Origin: Antedon mediterranea
Lineage: Eukaryota > Animalia > Echinodermata
Assembly (NCBI RefSeq): GCF_964355755.1
Contig: NC_092673.1
Span: 1,302,001 to 1,366,000, forward strand
Reading direction: 5' to 3'
DNA: 64,000 nucleotides
Below the pieces are notes generated by a model, which was not told where the DNA came from, made no database searches, and saw only the letters and a program-made list of their open reading frames with translations. Each line of letters opens with the position of its first letter. The first letter of the stretch is position 1. Positions 1-13,279 of the stretch are shown here, in pieces. The translations under genes and the position numbers were made by a program.

Positions 1-34
1 GTATAACAGTTGTAATCCATGATGAAGCCAACTA

Positions 35-182
35 AAGCTTGGTTCCAACTACGCAACGTGACGCAAGCCGCAAAGCAAGCAAATTGACCAAGTACAAGCA
101 ACAGTTCGAATAATCCATCGCTTTGATTGGTCAATTTGCGGCTGCTTACGTCCTTGCATTCTAGTGGGAACGACACAAAGCC
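35..182. mobile_element. MITE family A (PIF/Harbinger-like), degenerate copy; further copies at ~272-428, 1331-1485, 1807-2002, 9620-9725, 40241-40392, 40470-40625
   Basis: Shared terminus AGCTTGGTTCC(C/A)ACT and core GACCAAT...TTCGAATAATCC...GATTGGTCAA; the other end is AGTGGGAAC. Confidence 0.75.
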
Positions 183-755
183 AATATTATGTTATACAAA
201 AGAAAAATAAACAATATTTATCATAAAGTAAGTTTATTGAAGGAGTAGGTTAATGATTCATGGCTCATTATAAGCTTGGTTCCAATTATTTGCGCGCAAC
301 GTAATGGCATATACGCGCAACGAAAGTGAGCTGACCAATCACGGGGACCAATCACAATCAACCAGTATAGTGATTGGTTAAATGGGGTTACGTTGTGTTG
401 CGGTCGCGTCTTAGCCTAGTAACCAAATGATAATGTAAGCCTATCGACCTATTTTCTTTCCAAACTCAACAGTTGTCTTTATAACACTTAAAAATTAGAT
501 ATACGTTTTATTGAATCTATTGTGTACACTTAATTAACAAACAGACGGTACATGACGGAGTCTAGCGTTAATACAAATAATGAATAATTATTAAATTTGT
601 GACTTAATGAGTTTCTCTCTATACTTGCAAATTCGATAATGAATAAATCTTTATCAGTGCTTTATTGTTGAGTAGTCATTCATTGTGATTTAGGCCTACT
701 TAGCTATAACCCAACATCAACATATACACCTTATCAGTTTATTGTGTTTAATAAA

Positions 756-3700
756 TCATTCATTATTAGTTAGCATAGATAACCCCACATCAACAGTAAG
801 ACCATTTTGCGTTTTGAAAGCGTTTTTCCTCTCATCTTCTTCAGATGGAATGTTTGTCACACATTTTAACAGATCCCATTTCTTATCTAAAATATTATTA
901 GTAAATAAATAATGAAATAGAGCCGATACGACACACAGCGTTGTTAGTGAAACGAGCATCGCAAATGTCCGGAACGGAAATAATTGCTCGCCATTTTCAT
1001 AAAACGGGTATTCTATAAAAGGTTTAAGGCCCAAAAGCGGTTCACCGCCCCCAAGTCGCAGTATCAGCCCGAGAAAATAACCAACAAGCACACCGTACGT
1101 ATTCGAGAAACTGACATACACTACGCAGACGAGTTGAGGGAAAAGTACGACGTATACGAAATCGGAACACAGATAGAAGAGTCCATAAATTGAATCAATT
1201 GTTATTGCTAAAGTACTGGCGATAGTTCCTGAAACCAGAATTGAGCATCTCATAACCCATATGATTTCTCTTTCACTTGCCTTGAAATAGAAAAAAAAAT
1301 ACAATAAGTAAAATTTATTAACAAAAAACAACTTGGTTCCCTTATTCGCAACTCTCGGACGTGTAGACGCAACGTGAGCGAATTGACCAATGACAAGTGA
1401 CAGTTCGAATAATCCATGGCTTGTGATTGGTCAACTCACTTACGTTGCTTTATGTCCTTTTGCTGCTTCTATAGTCGAAACCAAATATAGTTTGTGTAAA
1501 TAATGTGTTCTACAATTTAAAAGAATACAAATATAATTACATTTGGTCTTATTATACGTTTGTATACATTTCTAGCGAACATCGAACTTGTTGAAAGTAG
1601 TGACGAATCGGCTGATGACATCACAGCGGCGCAGACAGCTCCAAGACCGATGATGGAGACAACTTGAGGAGTCAGGTATTGTAGCACTAGAGGAAGTACA
1701 ATGTTGCTGTCTGTGATTTCTTGGCCATACGCGGTCTCATTCCAATCTATACAGCAAACAAGATTTTAAGATAATTAAGTAAATATTTCCTTAAAAGGTT
1801 TTCCATAAGCTTGGTTCCCACTAGCGACGCAACATAAAGGACGTATTGAAGCAAAGTTCTTTATTGCGTAATAACAAGTGGCAACCGACGACGCAACAGT
1901 GCTGCAAACATCGCAGATTTTAATTGATGCAGGTGGGGACAAATAGAATTATTGGAAGGGCATTTTCTAGGTTGCGTACGTTGCGTAGTGGGAACCACGC
2001 TTTATGGTACTAGTTTTAGTTATATCACGGTTTTATCCATAAATGTACTTACTAGTACTAGCTCCAATGGCGCCCATGAGAAACGATGGAATTGTCATAA
2101 TCATGCATCCCGCGGCACCAGCAAACGACAAAATTCGTGCATAACGAGGGGTTTTGGCAGACAAAACACGTTGAAAATACGCCTGCCATGGTACTCCACC
2201 TAGACTCTGAAAATTAAAGCAATTGAGAAAAATAATGAACAATCCTCCAGTGGCAAAACTAGGCCTATAGGAATGTTATTAGCAATGATATTAATCGATT
2301 ATGAAAATGAATCTTTAAACAATGACTATAACAACAGGCGGTGGTGTGGTTTGATTTTATCTGATCCAATCAACCAAGAAGTATAACATGGCCAAAACAA
2401 CTAAAATTTCATATGCATATATGCTGAAAACATCTGTTAACTATAGTTTACAAAGAAGTTATCCGACGTACCAACAGCAAAACACCCTCGATCCAGACAC
2501 CAGTATATTTGTTCTCCCAGGTGCCAAACCAATTCGTCTCTGTGATACTCGTAACATGCTCGTTTGTCATAGCAAATGGAATCGCCAACCACTAAAAATA
2601 CACAAACAAAATAATTCAGACAATTGTAAAGTTATCAAAGTAAGTTAAACTGGAGCAAGATACAGATGCAGATTAAGCCTAAAGCTTTGTTCCAACTAGG
2701 ACGCAACGGAAGGATTTAAACGCAAAGCAAGCGTGTTGATGACCAATGGCAAGTGACAGTTCGAATAATCCATAGCTTGTGATTGGTCAACTCACTTACG
2801 TTGCGTTACGTCCTTGTGCTGCGTCTCTAGTGGGAACCAAGCATGGACTGGAGGACGACAGCTATTATTTATATAAGCTCAGCGTTGTCTTCCATTTTTA
2901 CAAATAAATATGACATTTAAAATAACATTTCAATTCACGTACCAATCCGAAAAATATACAACTTAACTGGAGGACATCAGTATAGGCCACTGAATAAAGT
3001 CCTCCAAAGAGAGTGTAAGACATGGCAATACACGTTGATACGATTATAGCAAGCGTTTTGTCGATACCAAGTATTACACTGAATGTTGAACCTGCAAAAT
3101 ATACGTCATATATATTGAAAGAAAGAACATGTATTCATTAACCATACTTAAGTGAGATATTTCCCTTAAATACTAGGTATTAAACTTAAGTAAATATTTA
3201 AGGATTTCCCAATTAAGTCTTGTTCAGAAAGTGAACGACTACTAGCGGAATTGTAGTCCTAAGATACATTTCACACTTTTAAAATTTTCAGGAATTATAA
3301 AATAAAAGATTACGATATTTACTGTATAAAAGTCAATGTTGGAACTCACCAAGTGCTGCTAGAATGGCGCTTGACCAAAATATTTCTCCAGAATAAGCTG
3401 CCAAAAACATGAGTACACCTACTCGGTCGCCATACTTAATCTGGTATGGATCTAACATGGTTACGTAACGTTGCTTTCTTAGATGGGTAGCAAAGAACAG
3501 TCCATCTTAAAAGACAAGAAATAATAATTATTATCTACAGCTATAATTATTACACCATGCCTATATTTGACTAGTCTAAGTTCTAAAATGTGTTTTGACA
3601 TATACTTCATATATGTATAATTACGGAAGCCCGTTCGGGCCACAAGTTAACTATTATTTTAAAAGCTGTTATGTGGCGGCCGCCACTTAATTATCTGGCG

Positions 3701-5603
3701 GCCGCCACTTAATTATCTGGCGGCCGCCACTTAATTATCTGGCGGCCGCCACTTAATTATCTGGCGGCCGCCACTTAATTATCTGGCGGCAGCCACTTAA
3801 TTATCTGGCGGCAGCCACTTAATTATCTGGCGGCCGCCACTTAATAATTAGTACATGTCCCGTCACGTGACATGTACGTGCATTGGATCAGAGGCGATGT
3901 TGCATATGGAGCGCCATCGCCGCCTCCGGCAGCAAACCTTAATTCTATTCGGCTCTTTTACCATATTACGTTCGGCTCTTTTAGCATTCGGCGTATTTCT
4001 ATTCGGCCCATTTACCATTACGTTCGGCTCTTTCAGTATTCGGCGCATTTCTATTTGGCCCATTTACCATTACGTTCGGCTCTTTCAGCATTCGGCTCTT
4101 TTTTATTCGGCCCATTTACCCTTACGTTCGGCTCTTCACGTGACGGGACATGTATCTGGCGGCCGTCAGATAATTAAGTGGCGGCCGCCAGATAACAGCT
4201 TTTAAAATATAGTTAACTTGTGGCCCGAATGGGCTTCCGTATAATACTTGAGATCAAACAAAAATCAAAACGTTAACACTAACATAAAAAGAGAATATAC
4301 TACAGACTTGGGGAAAGTCAAAACTTAGGCCCACTTTATTGCACAGTGAGATGTTTTATACGTAAAATTAGATGTTGAATTAAAAGAAGTAAAGCACGTA
4401 CTTATAAACAAGCTGAGAGAGTAAGCCCATGGGGCCTGTGCCCAAATTAAGCCAGTATCATAAATCGACTGAGCTGTACCGTTGATATACCCGCCACCAA
4501 CCCATGTTGCTGTAATAGTAATAAAAATATACATATTTATTTACGAATGAAGCAGTTCAGATTAGCATCAAATTAGGTCATTTTCTCTTAATTAAACGCA
4601 GTTTATTAAGAGAAAATTAAATCTTACGTTTGTGGCCGATAGCATAAGGCAATCTAACAACTCTCTTCGCCGCCATAGTTAAGACTATAGTATTATAAGA
4701 ATAGATAAAGATGTATGTCCCCCAAAAGCATGAAAAATTAGATTAATAAAATCAGATTTTGAATAGGCCATTGCAGTTTATTCGCTTTAATTCTGTAGAA
4801 AAAAAATCAACAAACATAATTATTTCATTTATATAAAGACAAAAGAAACGGTTAATTTTAACCAAAAACCTTTGTCTGACAGGCCACAAGTTTATTTAAA
4901 TCTTAAATCTTGGACCAATCAGGGAAGAGCGAGATTGGACCAATCAGGGAAGAGCGAGCTTGGACCAATCAGGGAAGAGCGAGCTTGGACCAATCAGGGA
5001 AGAGCGAGCAAACACTGACCTTCCTTAAAAGTTAGAAGAAGCAAAGGCCGCATGCATGAAAGCCACCCAAAAATTAAATACTAGTAATATATACTTTTGT
5101 AGACAGTGATATTGAAATGTTTACCTTGCCATAAATAAACATACATTTTCTTTCAACTTACCAAAATTGGTGATAAATGTATAAAATGGCAAGTATAAAT
5201 TATTAGCCTAATTAAATTAAAGCATGAAAATATATTCAATTGATTTCAATAAAATAAAAAGAAAACCGTACATACAGTTCTCTTCAAACATCATATAAAC
5301 ACATATTAGTTTCTAATTAGGTATTTTTTTAAAATTATATTTTCAAGGGGACAATATATCTTAAAGTTGATCAATTAGTATAATGCAATTTAATAACGAC
5401 TCAGATTTATAAATTATGATATAATAATAATTATGACCTGTCATAGTAAAAACACCGAGAAACATCCCAATGTTTCGTCCAGCCAGCATGACATCTTCCA
5501 TAGATGATTTTCCTTTATTCTTTCTGGAAGCATAAATTCCAATTGCTAAGATGATGACGTAAAAGATGACGACACCGATAAGACCTCCCCAGTTCACCGC
5601 CAT
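756..5603 (-). CDS. SLC5A7: High-affinity choline transporter-like (SSS family), copy 1, 8 exons, ~527 aa
   Basis: Exons traced with GT-AG boundaries: 5438-5603, 4402-4509, 3350-3505, 2943-3091, 2472-2591, 2053-2206, 1541-1746, 756-1280 (1584 nt, in frame). CHT1 motifs [69 protein letters not shown]. Confidence 0.95.
2681..2843. mobile_element. MITE family A, near-complete copy in SLC5A7 copy 1 intron 4
   Basis: Imperfect TIRs AGCTTTGTTCCAACTAG ... CTAGTGGGAACCAAGC. Confidence 0.8.
3624..4239. mobile_element. Non-autonomous DNA transposon with long TIRs and TA flanks (Tc1/mariner-like), containing 22-bp subterminal repeats and a nested inverted-repeat element (3852-4154)
   Basis: TA-CGGAAGCCCGTTCGGGCCACAAGTTAACTAT... 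is mirrored by ...ATAGTTAACTTGTGGCCCGAATGGGCTTCCG-TA. About 8 copies of TGGCGGCCGCCACTTAATTATC. Inner perfect 19-bp IR TACATGTCCCGTCACGTGA at 3852-3870 and 4136-4154. Confidence 0.85.
4708..5365. mobile_element. Kolobok-like non-autonomous element with 4x 25-bp CCAAT repeat (4910-5010); related copies at 31941-32262 and ~37778-38086, partial at ~6320-6410
   Basis: Termini AAAGATGTAT(T)GTCCCC ... GGGGACAATATATCTT; TTAA flanks are visible in the 31941 copy. Internal repeat TTGGACCAATCAGGGAAGAGCGAGC. Confidence 0.6.
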
Positions 5604-6719
5604 GTTTGTTGCAAAAATCGTTCAAATCTTGACAAAATACAAACAAAAACAGTATGAGTTTTATTTTAGAAAATAAACAATTTGAAATGATAACAACAAC
5701 AAGGGCCACACGCATCTATAATCAAGGCTATTATGTTTGTCTCGTTGTATGCCCCATTATAATTATAAAGGACACCTGCAGACGAATATGCAAATAATGC
5801 AACATGCAGACCTAGTAGGCTATTTACATTAATAACTACGTAAACACTACACTGGAAAATTAGTGGATGGATACAGAGGGTCATGCTATGTCAGACCACA
5901 CTTAACATGAATCATATCGCTGTCAAATATAAAATAAATACAAATTTAATCTAATATAATATTCTAAAATAAACACTAAACTCTATATAAGAATATTTAT
6001 TTATTTATATATATTTATAGTTTTAAAACAACCTTTCTATCTATCTATCTAGACATAGTTCATCCATATGTTGAATACCCTAGTCCATGCAGCCGTTAAA
6101 ATTGTATCAAATTGTCCTAAACATTCATAATTTACAGTAGCCTTATAGAATGATATGGTTCTGATGAACTATCCATTTTTCTTATTTATTTATATTTACC
6201 TTCTCCAGAGTAGACGTGTGATGTTAACTTGAGTGGCGAGTGCTTCTAACTGAAACCTGTCAAACATTCAATTATATTTCAAACGATCGCGATGGTTAGC
6301 ATTTTTTTTATCAGTTTTAAATTCGTGGACCAATCAGAGAAGAGCAAGCAAAAGATGATCATCATTAAATCTTGGACCAATCATAGAGCGAACAAAGGCT
6401 GACCTTCCTCGAATCACCGACATTACGTGAAAATAATCAAGATTACAATTCACTAATTAAGTTTTATTTTGTTTGATTGTGTGCTTTAATTCTAGAATGT
6501 TTAGATTATGTAAAATATACAGAAATACCAAATGATCAAATAAACGTATTATCTATTTATTTCTATTTCCATTTATTATTCTTTATTTGAATCATTAGAC
6601 TATATGACGTTGTTTTGTTAAGATGTCGTTAGAATTAAATGTAAAGAAAGTTCAACACGAATCGATTATCGATTTAAATCTTGTAGCAGTGAAGTTTTTA
6701 TAAATAATAATTGTAACCA

Positions 6720-9700
6720 TCATGGTTTAGACCTAGGCCTAACTATGTCATCCAGACCGACATCTGCCGCCGGTGATGTAATGTTTGTTACGCATTTAAA
6801 AATGTCCCATTTCTTGTCCAGGACATTTTTGGTAAATATGTAGTGAAATAGATAAGAGAAAAGGATAAGTGTTGTTAAGGAGACGAGCATAGAAAATGTA
6901 CGAAACGGAAACAACTGTTCGCCATTATCAAAAAACGGGTATTCTATAAATGGACTGAGACTAAGTAGTGGTTCACCTCCACCGAGTCTTAGTGATAGTC
7001 CTAAAATATACGCGGCAAGTGACCCATACGTGTTGGTATAGTCAATATATACTACGCAGACAAGTTGTGGAAAAAGTACGACGTATACAAAATCGGAACA
7101 CAGATAGAAGAGTCCATAAATTGAATTAATTGTTATTGCTAAAGTACTGGAGATGCCTCCAGATACAAGAATGGCGCATCTCATCACCCATATGATTTCT
7201 TCTTCACTTGCCTTGAAAAGAAATATAAAAAGTTGATAAAGTTGGCATAAAATGTAAGCAGCAGCACTGGAAGATAAAGTGGGTGGATTATTAAAAAATA
7301 CAGTATGTTTTCTTGGTGAATTGCAAATGGAATAAAACCACAGAAATTGTAATGCAGCGTATGAAGAAAACAAAAGACTCTTGGTCTAGAGGAAAAAATA
7401 GTGCTGTTTTATATACTGCAGTGTATGTGGATGGATGGTACAATTCTACAAATGACAGTTTATGCGGTAGCATGAAAGTAGCTCTGCGCTGCAATGATGT
7501 AACAGCTAAAACAAATCTGTAGTGCACGTTGACGGAGTTAGGTTGATAGCTTGGATTGGATGTGAAATTAAACCACACAACCGGAAAATCAATTCCACAA
7601 TATGTTTTAGCCAATGACAATGATCAGTGCTATATACATCGACCTGTAATACCCTTCGCGCACCATACCCTTCGCGCACCATAACCTTATTCAATTAAAT
7701 TTAAGTATTTGGCAATTACCGTACGGTACTACTTTAATAAGAAGAAATAAATAAGAGAAACAATACTAACATTTGGTCTTATTAGAAGCTTGTATATATT
7801 TCTAGCGAACATTGAACTGGATGAAAGTAGTGACGAATCGGCTGATGACATCACAGCGGCACAGACAGCTCCAAGACCGATGATGGAGACAACTTGAGGA
7901 GTCAGGTATTGCAGCACTAGAGGAAGTACAATGTTGCTGTCTGTGATTTCTTGGCCATATGCGGTCTCATTCCAATCTACATACACAATTAATTCAAATA
8001 AAAAATTATGTTTACTTGCCTTGCTAATATTTTGATGCCCCCCCCCCCCCACAAAAAAACAGAAGAAAAATAATTAAAGTCAAGTCATTAATGTGTTACA
8101 GTACTTACTAGTACTAACTGCAATGGCGCCAATCAGAAAAGATGGTATGGTCATGATGATGCAGCCAAAGCCACCAGCATACGATAGAATCTGAGCGTGC
8201 CGTGGAGTTCTTGCAGACAGTGCACGCTGGAAATATACTTGCCATGGTACTCCTCCTAAAATCTAATGTAACAGTTAATCATTAAATTTTACTTAAATAT
8301 AAGCTTACTATTAACAAGCCAATCTAACAACATGACACTGAGCTCAAAATAGAACTCGTAACAGTACTTTGATCTTATGTGTGGTTGCGGCAAATACCCA
8401 ACAGTTGTATAACTGGACGTATTCTCCGCGGCACGCGATGTCTTTTTAAGCGACGTGCTAATCGTGTCGCAGCCACAGATAAACCCTTTGATTGACGGAG
8501 CCCAGCATACTGTTGTTAGATTGCCTAATTATTAATATGGAGCTTTCAGTTTGCGACCATTATGAAAAAGAACAATGGTGAACTGGAATTTGTTTATCAA
8601 CCTAACTTCTTTTCAACTTTAACAACTGTACCCAATGTTGTTAATCTAAAACTCAACAATTAATTTCAGTTACCTATTATACATATTGTATGTTTTGTAA
8701 TGATTTATGTATGTTTATGATTTTATGAATGGAAATAAAGAAAGATAAAATATTGGATATTTCTTTCTTGAGAATACAATACAGTAATTAAATAATTATT
8801 ATACCAATAAAAGGGCATAGTCCAACCAGACACCGCTGTATTTGTTCTCCCAGGTGCCAAACCAATTCGTCTCTGTAATACTCGTAACATGCTCGTTTGC
8901 CAAAGCAAATGGAATCGACAACCACTAAAAATAAATATTTACACGTCAGTTTAGAAAGTTACTTCTACGCTTTGCAATTGGTAACTTGGTAATTATGCTG
9001 CTTTGAATAGATTTCTTTGGAATTTTTTTAACCTTGAACACCAGTGCAGAAAAAGGAATGTTACGCTAGCAAATTACCTTTTTGTAAATATACACTTTGA
9101 TCTTCCAAAATGAAAAAACACTCACCAAACCAAAGAATAAGCATGTTAACTGGAGAACATCAGTGTAGGCCACTGAATAAAGTCCTCCAAAGAGAGTGTA
9201 AGACATAGCAATACAGGAGGATACGATTATAGCAAGCGTTTTGTCGATACCAAGGATTACACTGAATGTTGAGCCTAGTATAAAAAAAGAAACAAGATAT
9301 ATCTATAATTTGATTCGATTTGATGACTTAGATTAAATAAACGTCATCGAATTCACTTATTATTATTATCATCATTTCTAGTCATTTTACACCAAGTGGC
9401 TTCTTCAATTTGACTCAATAACTGTATATTTGCTGACTGCTGATCAATGCTATACCATGGAGAAATAAATAATTATTATTACTCATTTCTCCATGGTTAT
9501 ACTAATTGTTTGAGAAATGCCATTGTGCCATTTCACTTAGTTCTTCCTTTGTCTCACTTTATCTGATAAGATGCCGCCATTAGATTTCGAAATTATACCA
9601 ACTTTGTGTTTCCGGTATTATTTAGCACAACGCAACATTTGACCAATCACGACGCGATGGGTTATCATCCGAACTTCGCTTGTGATTGGTCAACTCACTT

Positions 9701-10599
9701 TCGTTTCATCCAAGAGGGAAAATAGCTTTAAATAATAATAATCGGTTTGCTAAATATCAAAAACTATTTTGTTATTGTCGTACCAAGAGCAGCAAGAATC
9801 GATCCAGACCAGAAAATCTCTCCAGAAAGAGCTGCGAGAAACAAAAGTCCACCCATTCTTTTTCCAAACTTCATCTGGAAAGGATCTAGCATGGTCACAT
9901 AGTTTTTTTCTCGCATTTTCTTTGCAAAGAAAAGTCCACCTAATCAAAAAACATCATAAAATTGAAATAATATCTTAGGATATGTTAGTAGCTTAGCTAA
10001 GTTAGGCCTATGACTGATGACGTTTGCAATATGAGTCAAATTTGAACTTACTTATGAATAAGCTACTTGAATAAGCCCATGGGGCCTGTGCCCAAAGTAA
10101 CCCCGAATCAACAATCGACTGTGCTGTACCGTTGATATATCCACCACCAACCCATGTGGCTGCAATAGTAAAAGTATTACAGAAAAGAAGTGTACCGTTT
10201 TACTGATGAAAGCGAATTCGTTCAGTCTTCTCTTTTGACCGCATAAATAAAAGTGGTTTTGTTTTGATGAAGTGATACTTGAACAATGATGGTTTTGATA
10301 TAATGTATTGGACAACACAAAGTAATATTATAGTATTATATTACCGTATATTTTACAGTTATTACAGTCAGTGTATTATTAGTTGAATATAACATAATTA
10401 CGGACTAGGCCTATATGCTACAAAAGCTCAAACCTGTCATAGTAAAAACACCAAGATACATCCCAATGTTTCGTCCAGCCAGCATGACATCTTCCATTGA
10501 TGATTTTCCTTTATTCTTTCTGGAAGCATAAAGTCCAATTGCTAAGATGATGACGTAAAAGATGACGACACCGATAAGACCTCCCCAGTTCACTGCCAT
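6720..10599 (-). CDS. SLC5A7: High-affinity choline transporter-like, copy 2, 8 exons, ~516 aa
   Basis: Exons 10434-10599, 10052-10159, 9784-9939, 9126-9274, 8805-8924, 8109-8262, 7771-7976, 6720-7211 (1551 nt, in frame). Exons 1-7 have the same sizes as in copy 1 and carry the same motifs. Confidence 0.95.
8318..8527. mobile_element. MITE family C (second copy ~17624-17836)
   Basis: TIR (G)CAATCTAACAACA ... TGTTGTTAGATTGCCT with a shared internal sequence in both copies. Confidence 0.7.
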
Positions 10600-10702
10600 T
10601 GCTAGATGTGTCCGCCAGAAGTTGAAACCAAATCTAAAAGAGTTACTTAAAGCGTAGCTCCGGGTTTTCTATTACTACTAACAGTATACAAAGCTTATAA
10701 TA

Positions 10703-10905
10703 TACCGTAAATCTAATAGTAACCCACACTCTAATAGTAACCCACACTCTAATGGTAACCCACACTCTATAGAGTGCGGGGGACTATTAGAGTGCGGGTC
10801 ACTATTATAATAGTGACCCGCACTCTAATAGTAACCCGCACTCTAATTAACCCACCTTATAAGTCAATCTATAATGATGACCCACTACTCTAATAGTAAC
10901 TCATG
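10703..10905. repeat. 18-bp direct and inverted repeat cluster (TAATAGTAACCCACACTC), probable transposon end just upstream of SLC5A7 copy 2
   Basis: Several direct and two inverted units follow a TACCGTA start. Confidence 0.6.
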
Positions 10906-12477
10906 GTGGTTATTAATAGAGTCACAAAAACGATCGACAAAATGACGATGATAAGGAGATAATGCATGTTGATCTCGGGAGTGGGGGAGGATTGAGTGTT
11001 TTTGAGTTTATAAAGTAAAGTTAAAGTTCAACCAAATTTGTTTATTCGTACTGTTTTATTTTATTTTGCTATGAGTTGCTGACCGGAAAAGTTGGGGTGG
11101 ATTACTATTTTCAGGTGCCTAATTTTAGTAATATTAACCCACTACTCTACTAGTTTCTGTGCTTAATGAATTATCTGAGCCACTTATAAGCCTAATAATT
11201 AGTAATACTATATTTTTAACACAACTTTGCCTATCTGCTAATCCCGTTGAATAATATACATGTCAACAAAAATAATAGGCTTACCAGTTAAATAGCATAG
11301 ATTCTCCCGAAAAAATGATTTAATAATTCGTCGAAATCACAAACTATAATGAATATCGTATTCATTGCCAAACCGCCAAATAAGGATAGTATAATTTCAT
11401 TTTATATGCGGGATATTTCATTTAAAGAGAAAAAAAACTTGGCAAGGATATATAAGCTTAGACCTACTATATGCCGTCTCTAATTATTGTATGCCTACAT
11501 TAAAATAAATCGAAGTTTGTGGTTTCTTTTAAAAAACGATTTATGAAGTTTCCTAATATTGCATTGTATTTTTAAATGGTTTCTTGTCACTTGTAGGTTG
11601 ATATCAATGTACTGATCAGAGGTCAGTGTTCCAACCCTGGTGTTTACATGTAAATAAAACTATAAAAATCAATGAAATAGAACGTCTTTCTATAGCTACC
11701 CACATAAAAGTTTACCATACTGGGAATGACCTTTAGTAAATCATAGTTGCAACCTGGATACCCTCTTAATTTAGAATTAACTAAGTCAATCTATTTAATT
11801 TGAGTCATAAAATAAATATAAATGTTATTCTTTGATTTATGACGCATCATCATTTCGCTATCCTTTTTCATGTCTTTTTTGTATTTGTTATCGTTCCCGT
11901 TTTTTAAGGCTGTTTTGAGTCACCCTCATTAAACAAAATGTAATAATAAAAAAAATTATATATACATGTATATAATTTAATTTTCTCTAATGTAGTAGGT
12001 GTGATAGTATAAAATACAACACTTTCTGTTTAGCCAGAGACATTAATTTTAATGTTCGCTACTGCTCATTACACACGGTACTTTATGATTTAGGACAGTG
12101 TCCTGCTCTGGGTTCAAATTGGTTACCGTTTATTCTAAAATATTACATTTGCAACACTGATCTCGATCTGTAGTGTTTTTTTTCGTCAGCATTTTCTTCT
12201 TTATCGAAAGAATAGTCAGTAATTGATAATCAAGACTTGCTTAATTTGTTATTGCTACCTTATAACATTAAAGAAAGTGCTGCTGTAGCACCACTTACAT
12301 TGTTTATAATTATTTTCACGATGTCTGTTCTGCTTTACCAAATCCTTTCAATCACCATAATCAAGCACTATCACTACCATATATGGCTCAATTCCCGTCA
12401 TGACAGACGATAACCTGACATCCAAAGATTAAATTGTGTTTGATGCAGTGTCAAATTATTTCTTCATTTTCCATTGT

Positions 12478-13279
12478 TTCTTCTCTTTTTTCTCTCCATT
12501 ATATTTCTATTCTTTCTCCTCTTTTTTCTTCTCTTCTTTCTCTTTTTCTATCTTGAGTCTTCTTTTCTCTCTTTTTATTCTTTCTCTTTTCCCTCCTCTT
12601 CTTCCTTTTTTCTTCTCTTTTTATTCTTCCTCTTTTCTCTCCTCTTCTTCCTTTTTTATTCTCTTTTTATTCTTCCTCTTTTCTCTCCTCTTCTTCCTTT
12701 TTTCTTCTCTTTTTATTCTTCCTCTTTTCTCTCCTCTTCTTGCTTTTTTATTCTCTTTTTATTCTTCCTCTTTTCTCTCCTCTTCTTGCTTTTTTATTCT
12801 CTTTTTATTCTTCCTCTTTTCTCTCCTCTTCTTCCTTTTTTATTCTCTTTTTATTCTTCCTCTTTTCTCTCCTCTTCTTCCTTTTTTATTCTCTTTTTAT
12901 TCTTCCTCTTTTCTCTCCTCTTCTTCCTTTTTTATTCTCTTTTTATTCTTCCTCTTTTCTCTCCTCTTCTTCCTTTTTTCTTCTCTTTTTATTCTTCCTC
13001 TTTTCTCTCCTCTTCTTCCTTTTTTATTCTCTTTTTATTCTTCCTCTTTTCTCTCCTCTTCTTCCTTTTTTATTCTCTTTTTATTCTTCCTCTTTTCTCT
13101 CCTCTTCTTCCTTTTTTATTCTCTTTTTATTCTTCCTCTTTTCTCTCCTCTTCTTCCTTTTTTATTCTCTTTTTATTCTTCCTCTTTTCTCTCCTCTTCT
13201 TCCTTTTTTATTCTCTTTTTATTCTTCCTCTTTTCTCTCCTCTTCTTCCTTTTTTCTTCTCTTTTTATTCTTCCTCTTT
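12478..13279. repeat. Polypyrimidine 46-bp minisatellite
   Basis: Unit TTTTTTATTCTCTTTTTATTCTTCCTCTTTTCTCTCCTCTTCTTCC (period 46: 12651 vs 12881 is 5 units). It produces the spurious F/L/S-rich ORFs. Confidence 0.95.

Noticed and set aside
3855-4205. Overlapping ORFs of 116, 101 and 66 aa
   Set aside because: They lie within a GC-richer repetitive MITE interior; no transposase motifs.
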